From Thermoanaerobaculia bacterium (GTDB lineage Bacteria; Acidobacteriota; Thermoanaerobaculia; Multivoradales; UBA5704): DNA of 64,000 nucleotides. The DNA lies in NCBI GenBank assembly GCA_035556715.1, contig DATMER010000055.1, forward strand, positions 554-64,553. The letters run 5' to 3'. This document shows positions 45,917 through 53,382 of the stretch, piece after piece. Within the stretch, counting starts at the first letter, position 1. Each line of letters opens with the position of its first letter. The notes under the pieces were generated by a model. The model did not search any database and had not been told where the DNA came from. It worked only from the letters and a program-made list of their open reading frames with translations. The position numbers and the translations under genes were made by a program.

Positions 45917-47838
45917 CCGAGGCAATGACCGAGCCGGAGCGCTGGTTCGTCGAGCTCTGGATGGAAGGGGGTTCCCATCAGGGCCGCATCCACCGCGGCA
46001 GCTCCGACCGTGGTTTTTCCTTCGAGGCACCGGCCCTTGGCCCCGATGCCACGATCCCCGGATGGCCCGAGACCCTGGGCACTCTTCTGGAGCGCCTGCT
46101 GAAGCTGGACGTGAGCTTCGAGCGGATCTTCGACGAGCGGCTCCAGGTCGAGCTCGGCAAACACCTCTGGACTCAGACCTTCGGCCGGATCGACAACCTG
46201 GACTTCCCCGAGGAAGGGGATGTCGAGGTACAGATCGTCACCGAGGACGAGCATCTCGCCCGTCTCCCCTGGGTGCTCCTGAACCGGCGCGGACCGTTCC
46301 TCTGCGCGTGTGGCTGGTCTGTGGCCCTCACCCGCTCGGCCGCCGGCCAGGAGGACTACATCCTCTCCCCTTCCCCCAAGATGCTGATCGTCGCGCCGGA
46401 GCCTGTGGGCCCGGGCCTGCCGCCCACCCATGCGGCCTCCCACGTGGAAGATCTGGAACGGATGCTCTGCGAGGCAGACCACCGCCTTCAGAGAGGCAAG
46501 AACCTGCAGGTCGTCTCCGGATGGGACGAGGTCGGACCGGCCCTGCAGCAGCTCCAGCCCCATCTCCTCTACTACTACGGCCACGGCAGGGGGAGCGCGG
46601 CCCGGTCGCGGCTCGTCTTCACCCGGAGCTCCGACCCGAAGCCGCTGGAGGTCCCGGTGGCCGACTTCGCTCACGAGCTCCGGCGCTTCGCTGGGCCGCA
46701 GCTCCTCTTCGCCTATATCAACTGCTGCCAGGGCGATGCCGGCGGCCTCCTGGGCGCGGGCTGGCAGTTGGGCGAGGTCGTGCCCGCAGTCGTGACCAAC
46801 CGCACCCTGGCTTACGTGCCGGCCGCCCGCGCCCAGGGCCTGGAGCTCTGGCGGGCGCTTCTGATCGAGGGCGATCCGCCGCACAGCGCCGTGGCGAACC
46901 TCCACGCGCGCCTGGAGATCCCGGAGCAGAGCTTCGGGAACACCCGCTGGATGAACCCGGTCCTCCACCGCCGGTATGCGCGCTGGATCTCCACTCCGCC
47001 GCGGCGTCGCTCCCGCCTGGACCGCGATCCGCACTGGAACGTGAAGCTGGACCGGTCCAATCAGTTCGGCCGGGTCTTCAACGACACGGACCTGATGCTG
47101 TATGAGAAAAGGCCTCGGGTCCTCGCCTACATCTGGTACGGCGAGGAGGGCCAGGGGGTCGATCTCTTTCATCAGCGCTTCCAGGTGGAGCTGCAGGAAC
47201 GACTGAAAAAGGCCCTCCTCCTGGAGGTCAAGCCTGAGTGGCCCCAAGAGCTGCGCAATCCCTACCGGTCGTTCGCGGACATGATTGCCCACGCCTGCGA
47301 CATTCAGGATCTCTCCGACTTCACCGCCTGGGTCCGCTCCGAAGGGCAGATCGACCGGCGGCGCACTCCCCTCGTCCACGTTCGCCATGAGCCCCTGAAC
47401 CAGGGGGAGGCCGTGAAGCCCTCCACCCTGAAGACTTACCTGGAGTGGTGGAACAAGCAGCTCGTCCCGTGCCTGGAGGAAGCCAAAGCCTTCGGCCTGC
47501 TGGGCATCTCCTTCCTGGCGCAGAAGAACCCCGCCCGCCTCCGGGATCGGCTGAACCAGGAGCTTGGAGGGCTGGACCTCGACGACGTCACATTTACGGT
47601 GCTCGATGAGCTCGAGGAGCTCGTCCTCCAGGACCTCAGGACCTTCCTTAAGGGTCACCACGTCGCACTGCCCCCCTCCCTGAGGGACAACGTCCTGGCC
47701 CGTATCCTGGAAAAGACCGGCGGGCGCTACGAGATGACCCTGGAGGAGCTCAAGAGAGTCGTGGATAAGGCCTGGGACGACGAGGACCAGGCGGAGGAGC
47801 CGGTCGCACAGCCCGGCGACAACGAAGACGACTGGTAG
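45913..47838 (+). CDS. Caspase-like (CHAT-type His/Cys) protease domain fused to a degenerate P-loop NTPase-like module
   Basis: The GTG at 45913 forms a GTGA overlap with the upstream stop, with an alternative ATG at 45925. A His motif LLYYYGHG (His codon 46582-46584) is followed about 47 aa later by LLFAYINCCQG (Cys codons 46723-46728). This mirrors VHFATHG...VVLSGCETALG of the CHAT protein at 56513. A later segment, VLAYIWYGEEGQGVDLF, looks like a decayed Walker A. Confidence 0.8.
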   Translation: MTEAMTEPERWFVELWMEGGSHQGRIHRGSSDRGFSFEAPALGPDATIPGWPETLGTLLERLLKLDVSFERIFDERLQVELGKHLWTQTFGRIDNLDFPEEGDVEVQIVTEDEHLARLPWVLLNRRGPFLCACGWSVALTRSAAGQEDYILSPSPKMLIVAPEPVGPGLPPTHAASHVEDLERMLCEADHRLQRGKNLQVVSGWDEVGPALQQLQPHLLYYYGHGRGSAARSRLVFTRSSDPKPLEVPVADFAHELRRFAGPQLLFAYINCCQGDAGGLLGAGWQLGEVVPAVVTNRTLAYVPAARAQGLELWRALLIEGDPPHSAVANLHARLEIPEQSFGNTRWMNPVLHRRYARWISTPPRRRSRLDRDPHWNVKLDRSNQFGRVFNDTDLMLYEKRPRVLAYIWYGEEGQGVDLFHQRFQVELQERLKKALLLEVKPEWPQELRNPYRSFADMIAHACDIQDLSDFTAWVRSEGQIDRRRTPLVHVRHEPLNQGEAVKPSTLKTYLEWWNKQLVPCLEEAKAFGLLGISFLAQKNPARLRDRLNQELGGLDLDDVTFTVLDELEELVLQDLRTFLKGHHVALPPSLRDNVLARILEKTGGRYEMTLEELKRVVDKAWDDEDQAEEPVAQPGDNEDDW

Positions 47839-47858
47839 AACCGCGAGGAGGAGCCCTG

Positions 47859-48809
47859 ATGACCGCTGCCTATCCCTTCCGGCTGATCGACCGCCGCCGA
47901 GAGGGTCCCATGGAAGACCCGGGGCTCCTGCGCCAGCGCCCCTTCATCCAGCTCCGGCGGACCTTCGAGGACGACGCCAGGCTGTTCGACTCGGGCGACG
48001 AGTTGGAGACGGCCATGAACACGGCTCTCGCCGTGGGACTCCCTCTTCTGATCACCGGCGAGCCCGGCACGGGCAAGACCCAGGCCGCGTACTACGCAGC
48101 GTGGAAGCTGAGAGCCGAGCCCGTGATCCACTTCCAGGTCAAGTCCGACAGCACGGCCCGCGACCTCCTCTACTCCTTCGACACCGTGCAGTACTTCCAC
48201 GACGCCCATCTCGCCGGGTCCGGGGAGCTCCCGGACAAGATCAAGTACCGGACGCCGCGGGAGCTCTGGGACGCCCTGAAGTCGCCCAACCCCCGCGTGC
48301 TCCTGATCGACGAGATCGACAAGGCCCCCCGCGACTTCCCCAACGACCTGCTCCATGAGCTGGACAAAATGGAGTTCACCGTCCGGGAGACCCGGGAGAA
48401 GATCGACGCCGAGCCGGAGATGCGGCCGGTGGTCTTCATCACCTCCAACAGCGAGAGACGCCTCCCCGAGCCCTTCCTGCGGCGCTGTGTCTACCACAAC
48501 ATCCGGTTCGATGAGGAGCTGGTCCGGCGGGCGGTGAGGGTCCGGCGCGAGCGCGGAGAGTACGGCAACCTGAGCGACGGGTTCCTGGAGATGGCTCTCC
48601 AGCGCTTCCTGGCCCTGCGGGAGCGGAGCCTGCGCAAACCGCCAGCCACCGGCGAGCTTCTGGTCTGGCTGCGGGTGCTCGCCCTGGCCGCCGGAACCTA
48701 CCCGGAGAGGCTGGAGGAGAGGGACCTCTCCAAGCTGCCTTACTTGGGGACCCTCCTCAAGGACCACGATGACATTGAGAGCCTTCCGCGCGAGAAGGGC
48801 CGGCCATAG
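47859..48809 (+). CDS. MoxR-like AAA+ ATPase
   Basis: GAGGAGGAG RBS, Walker A LLITGEPGTGKTQ, Walker B VLLIDEIDKAPRD and VVFITSNSERRLPEPFLRRC. It is a paralogue of 26639..27463. Confidence 0.92.
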   Translation: MTAAYPFRLIDRRREGPMEDPGLLRQRPFIQLRRTFEDDARLFDSGDELETAMNTALAVGLPLLITGEPGTGKTQAAYYAAWKLRAEPVIHFQVKSDSTARDLLYSFDTVQYFHDAHLAGSGELPDKIKYRTPRELWDALKSPNPRVLLIDEIDKAPRDFPNDLLHELDKMEFTVRETREKIDAEPEMRPVVFITSNSERRLPEPFLRRCVYHNIRFDEELVRRAVRVRRERGEYGNLSDGFLEMALQRFLALRERSLRKPPATGELLVWLRVLALAAGTYPERLEERDLSKLPYLGTLLKDHDDIESLPREKGRP

Positions 48810-48830
48810 GCGGACGGCCTGGCGGCCGTA

Positions 48831-51332
48831 TCACCTCCCGATCTGGCTCAGGATCTGGGGGTCGGTGATTTTGGTGTCCTCAGCCAGGAGGAACGCCTTG
48901 CTGAGGATGACTGCCAGGGTGCCGTCCCCCTCGAAGGGGAGGACCGGCTGGGCTCCGCGCGGAGACCGGTCCGCAACGATACAGAGATATTGGTCGTTCG
49001 GCTCCAGCAGAATGTTGCCGCTGCCCAGGTGGATCTTGTAGGTCTTCCGTTCTCCCCGGACCACGAGGAAGCGCTCGGTCAGGGTGCAGCGGTCCGCGAT
49101 CTTCAGTCGAGGGACCAGCCTCCCGAGCAGCTCCCGGCGGGTGCGGGCGCTCTCGCCCAACTCGCCGAAGGAGTACTCGCGCCAGTAGCCCGTCCCCGGA
49201 CGATCCCCTCCGGCAGTCCAGTTGGGGTCGTTGCCCACGCTGCAGACCCCCACGAAGAGGTCCACGTCGCGCATCAGCTCGGAGAACAGGAGGGGCGGCA
49301 CCTGCTCCAGGGGTTGCGGCACGCCTGCCAGGTCGCAGAACCGCACCTGGTCGGTGGCAACGTAGAGGTAGATGGCCATCTCCGAGGCGTCTTCCCCGGC
49401 GGCGTCGACCCAGAATTCGACCCGGAGGCCGTGCTCCGGGATCATCAGGAACGGGGTGTTGTGGGAGTCGAACTGTCCCTGAAGCCCGTAGGTCCAGCCT
49501 CGCTGCCTGCAGAGTGCCGCGAACTGGTGCTGCTTGAGGATGTGGGCGGCGAACCGGTTCGAGTAGATGGCCGTCTGCCGCTCGGCGTCGGTGAGCAGGT
49601 AGATCTCGCGGTGGGCCTGCTTGAAGGGCTGAACCACCTCCCAGGCTTCGAGGCGGGTGCGCCAGGCCAGCACCTCGTCCGCCTGGGAGTCGAGAGGGTG
49701 CCATAAGGAAACCCGGGTGTCTTCCGGAAGATCGAGCGGCTGCTCCTCGGCATCCACGATCCGGTCCTCGCGCCAGAAGCCAGTCTGTGTCCCAAAGCAC
49801 CAGATCAGGCGGCGCGCCAGGGTTCCGACGAGAGGATGATCCAGGTAGCGCTCGCGCCAGGTGGCGAGGTCCCAGTCGCGAGGAAACAGGTAGAGCCGCT
49901 CCAGGCGGTCGCGCTGGCCCGGGAGGAGCTTCTGGATCTCCCTGGCCGCGGCGGTCAGGGCTTTCAGCTCGTCCGCGTGGCCCTCCTTGACCGCCTTGGG
50001 TACGGACTTCTGCGGCTTGCCCTGCTGCAACCAGGTCAGCTCGGTGGAGGCCGTGCCGGTGACCCGCAGCTCGGCGGTGAAGCCGCCCAGGGTCTCCCGG
50101 CGCAGCCCGGGCTCCGTAAGGCCCAGAGTGGGGACCGCCATCTCCTCCAGCTCGGCCTTGGTGAGACCTTGCCGCTCGGCCGCCTTGCCCAGGAGGGTTT
50201 CGAGCTGCTTGCGCGAGGAGGGGTGCTGGACCCGGGTACGCAGACGGCTGAGCTGGGCCACGGCCTCCGGGGTGCCCAGGCGGCTCAGGGTGTCCAGGCA
50301 GGCGTTGCCCACCTTGGCATTGCGTGGGCCGTGGCCGTCGACTTTCCGGAAGCAGGCCTCCGCGGCCCTGCCGACGGCGGCCGTGAGCGCGGGATCGTCC
50401 ACCAGGTTGGCGCACCAGGCCAACCCCCGCAGGAGGTCGGTCTGCTCGTCGTCCAGGAGGGTAGGTTCGATCTCGTACTGGTGACTCATGAATGTCTGCA
50501 CCTTCCTCATCCCCGGCTCGCCGACCCGGCCCAGGCAGAGGGTCAAGACCCGGGAGACTCCCTCCGGGGCCAGCACGCCCGACAACTCCTTCGCCCGGGA
50601 GAGCCATTTCGACGACGGCCTGGCCGAGGTCGCGGTCGCGCAATGCGCGAGGAGGTCCAGCCAGGCCGCGGCGTCTCCGGGCAGCATGGCATCGAGCGCG
50701 TCCAGGAGTGTGTTGGCCCAGGCGTCTCCGCGGCGCAGGTCCAGGCCCGGCTCCTTGGGGCTGCCGTGCCGGAGGAGGTGGCGGAGCCTTTCCAGAACCT
50801 TCCTCTGCTCCAGGTTGGGATGACGGGCGAGCCGGTCCGGCAGCGTGCCCAGGGTAGCGCGCAGGTGCACGCCGAGCCCGTGCTCCCGGACGTGGTCCTC
50901 CAAGGTGCGCAGGAAGACCGGGACCGGCATCATACAGGCGCTCTCTCCGAGGTCGCGGACGGCCTCCGCGAGCCGGACGAGTTGCTCCTCCTGGAAAACG
51001 GGCTTCCGGCGCAACAGAGGCCCGGCCAGACTCGTAGCCATCATCATGGCGTTGTGGTTGTGGCTCCGGGCCGCGTGCAGGTATCGCAGGAACACCTCGA
51101 CTGCCAGCTCCGCCTGGGCACGGGGATCAAGGCCGAAGATCGTGCGCCCGGCAGCATGCTCGCCGGGATCGAACCGGATGTTGAGCTGGCGCCACGGCCC
51201 GCCATGTCTTGTGAGCGCCTGCGCCAGGAGATCATCGAGGAGAGACGGGCCCGCAGTGGGATGGGGGCCGGGCGTCTTCTCCTCCGTCCGGGCACGGCCT
51301 TTCCCCGTGAGGCCCTCGAGCCACTTCCACAT
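48831..51332 (-). CDS. DUF4132 domain protein (helical-repeat N-terminus)
   Basis: 833-aa ORF with GGAGGG upstream. The C-terminal half (WRERYLDHPLVGTLARRLIW...PFKQAHREIY...FAAHILKQHQFAALCRQRGW...YKIHLGSGNIL) matches my memory of the DUF4132/MolR-like family. Confidence 0.8.
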   Translation of the reverse strand: MWKWLEGLTGKGRARTEEKTPGPHPTAGPSLLDDLLAQALTRHGGPWRQLNIRFDPGEHAAGRTIFGLDPRAQAELAVEVFLRYLHAARSHNHNAMMMATSLAGPLLRRKPVFQEEQLVRLAEAVRDLGESACMMPVPVFLRTLEDHVREHGLGVHLRATLGTLPDRLARHPNLEQRKVLERLRHLLRHGSPKEPGLDLRRGDAWANTLLDALDAMLPGDAAAWLDLLAHCATATSARPSSKWLSRAKELSGVLAPEGVSRVLTLCLGRVGEPGMRKVQTFMSHQYEIEPTLLDDEQTDLLRGLAWCANLVDDPALTAAVGRAAEACFRKVDGHGPRNAKVGNACLDTLSRLGTPEAVAQLSRLRTRVQHPSSRKQLETLLGKAAERQGLTKAELEEMAVPTLGLTEPGLRRETLGGFTAELRVTGTASTELTWLQQGKPQKSVPKAVKEGHADELKALTAAAREIQKLLPGQRDRLERLYLFPRDWDLATWRERYLDHPLVGTLARRLIWCFGTQTGFWREDRIVDAEEQPLDLPEDTRVSLWHPLDSQADEVLAWRTRLEAWEVVQPFKQAHREIYLLTDAERQTAIYSNRFAAHILKQHQFAALCRQRGWTYGLQGQFDSHNTPFLMIPEHGLRVEFWVDAAGEDASEMAIYLYVATDQVRFCDLAGVPQPLEQVPPLLFSELMRDVDLFVGVCSVGNDPNWTAGGDRPGTGYWREYSFGELGESARTRRELLGRLVPRLKIADRCTLTERFLVVRGERKTYKIHLGSGNILLEPNDQYLCIVADRSPRGAQPVLPFEGDGTLAVILSKAFLLAEDTKITDPQILSQIGR

Positions 51333-51422
51333 GGTCCCTCCGTCCGGCGTGTCAGCTTGGCTTCAGATTAGCACGCGCGCCCGGCTACAATGGCGCGAGA
51401 GCCCGCATACAGGAGGCGAAGG

Positions 51423-51818
51423 ATGACCACGGCCCTGACCATCCACGACGAGACTACCTCGGGGGAGAGGCGCCAGAGCCTGACGCTCCAACTGCCGGAG
51501 CCCACGATCTCAGCCCGGGAGCTGATCCGTGCCCGGGTCTTCGAGGAGGTCAAGGCATTCAACGAGACCCTCCCCGAGCGCTTCCAGGGGCTGGTCCAGC
51601 CCACGGATACCGAGCGGGAGCTGAACGGCTTCCGTCTCAAGGAGCGGCGCAAGCTGGACTGGCACGAACAGAGCCGCGCCGCCCTGGAGGATTTCGAGCG
51701 CAACGGCTTCCTCATCCTCGTGGACGACCGCCAGATCGAGTCGCTCGCAGAGGAGATCCGGGTGCGGCCGGAGACCCGGGTCACGTTCCTGAAGCTGGTC
51801 CCGCTGGTCGGAGGATAG
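51423..51818 (+). CDS. Small protein with ThiS/MoaD-like C-terminus ending in Gly-Gly
   Basis: CAGGAGG lies upstream of the ATG at 51423. The 131-aa protein ends FLILVDDRQIESLAEEIRVRPETRVTFLKLVPLVGG-stop. Its stop is 5 nt before the next gene, and its last codons (GGAGGA) double as that gene's RBS. Confidence 0.7.
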   Translation: MTTALTIHDETTSGERRQSLTLQLPEPTISARELIRARVFEEVKAFNETLPERFQGLVQPTDTERELNGFRLKERRKLDWHEQSRAALEDFERNGFLILVDDRQIESLAEEIRVRPETRVTFLKLVPLVGG

Positions 51819-52741
51819 TTCCAATGCGTTGCGGCGTTCTCCTGGCCTTCCTCCTGACCGCAGCAGCAGCTCACGCCCAGGAGCCTCGCTTCGCGGACGA
51901 GCTGGATGTCGAGGTCGTCAGCGTCGACGTGGTCGCCACCGCCGAGGACGGCACGCCGGTGGCGGACCTCACGGCCGAGGACTTCGAGGTCCTGGACGGC
52001 GGCCTGCCGGTGCGGCCCACCCACTTTGCCAGGGTCGGACGGGAGGGCCAGGTCGGCGCTATTGAGCCAGGCGAGCCGCTCCACCTCATCCTCCTCTTCG
52101 ACGACGCGCAGATCCCGCCGGCCGACCGGACGGCGGCCTACGAGGGGGTCCGCCGGCAGCTCGACCGGCTGCTCGCCGCGGCCGACCGCATCCTGGTGGC
52201 GCGCCAGGGCGCGGGAATCCGGATCGTGCAGCCGTTTACGTCCGACCGGGCTCTCCTGGACGCCGCCATCGAGCGGCTGGAGAAGGACCCTCCGGGCGTC
52301 CCTTCGAACATCTCCGCCCGCAAGGCCGTGCTGGACGAGATCCGCTCCGGCGACGCTCCCAGCGCCACGGCCCTGGGGTCGGGGATGGTCGCCCAGGGCG
52401 GGCAGATGCAGTCGAACGCGGAGCTGGCCGCTGGCACCTCGCTCGCCTCGGTCCGCGCCTTTGCCGAGCGCTACCGGTCCGAAGTGGTGGAGTCACTAGG
52501 GTCCCTGGAGCGCCTCGTCGCCGCCCTGGCCGGCCTGCCCGGACGCAAGGCGGTCCTCCTGCTGGGCCCGGGGTACGACCTGCGCCCGGACCACCTCTCC
52601 TTCTCTCTCCAGACCCGCCCGCTGCGCGGACTGCAGGGTCCCATCGCCACCCTGCTGACGACCGGCCAGGAGGGCGGCGGCCTCCCCATGGCCGCGCTCG
52701 CGGTCCCCTCCGGGGAAAAGGGGGAGGACGGCCGCTTTACC

Positions 52742-53382
52742 GCAATACTGTCCAGTTAGCCGAGCGCCGGGCGGGAGGCGGTCCTCCCCCGCGCAGCGGG
52801 GGAGGACCGAGGAGGGGGCCCCGGGCGTGCGGCCATACCCTGCGGGTAGCACCTCGTACCCGGCGGGTACGGACCAATACCCGGTGGGTACGGGTCCGTA
52901 CCCTGTGCTCGCGCCTCGTACGCAGCGAGGGCAGCCTGTACCCACCGGGTACGAGGTGCTACCCGCAGGGGGCGACGGATACCCTGTGGGTACGAGGTGC
53001 TACCCGCCGGGTACGAGGTCCTACCCTCCGCGTACGGCCGATACCCTGCGGGTACGGGCTGCTACCCTCCGCGTACGCCTCGCAAGGAGCGCGTACGGCG
53101 CAGAACGGCAGGGTATGGGTCGTACCCGCCGCGTACGCTTCCTGCGCGCTCCGTACAGCGTAGAACCGTCGCGTACAGGGTACGGCCCTCGGGTATGGTG
53201 CTCTACCCGGCGCGTGCGCCTCCCGGACGCTTCTTGGACTGAGACCGAGGACGGGAGGGGGGCGTCGATGGCTTCTTGGAAATGCCCCGGTTGCTTCGCC
53301 GCCCCCTCCTAACCTCCTCCAGTCCCAACCCCTTCCCTCCCCGGGGGAGGGACCCCTCACACCGCTAACTGGACAGTATTGC
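52742..53382. mobile_element. 641-bp non-autonomous TIR element (MITE-like) with 8-bp target site duplication
   Basis: Perfect 19-bp terminal inverted repeats: GCAATACTGTCCAGTTAGC (52742-52760) and GCTAACTGGACAGTATTGC (53364-53382). They are flanked by direct GCTTTACC at 52734-52741 and 53383-53390. The element holds no credible transposase ORF. Its interior is array B plus GC-rich hairpins (52780-52808, 53335-53351). Confidence 0.9.
52829..53217. repeat. Array B: ~19 degenerate units of ~20-21 bp built on TACCC-N3-GGGTA palindromes
   Basis: Approximate consensus is CGnnnnnnTACCCnnnGGGTA. At least seven units carry a perfect TACCC-N3-GGGTA (e.g. 52836-52848, 52981-52993, 53002-53014). The array lies entirely inside the TIR element. 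Confidence 0.85.

Noticed and set aside
48880-50643. 587-aa alternative-frame ORF on the minus strand within the DUF4132 gene
   Set aside because: It lies on the same strand but in a different frame and is Arg/Gly/Pro-rich. The 833-aa frame carries the recognisable DUF4132-like motifs.
52827-53312. 161-aa ORF with heptad-like YP(A/V)GT repeats inside the TIR element, plus mirror ORFs on the other strand
   Set aside because: The open frames are a by-product of a 21-bp (7-codon) repeat that lacks stop codons in several frames on both strands. There is no RBS or start context, and the sequence lies inside a non-autonomous element.
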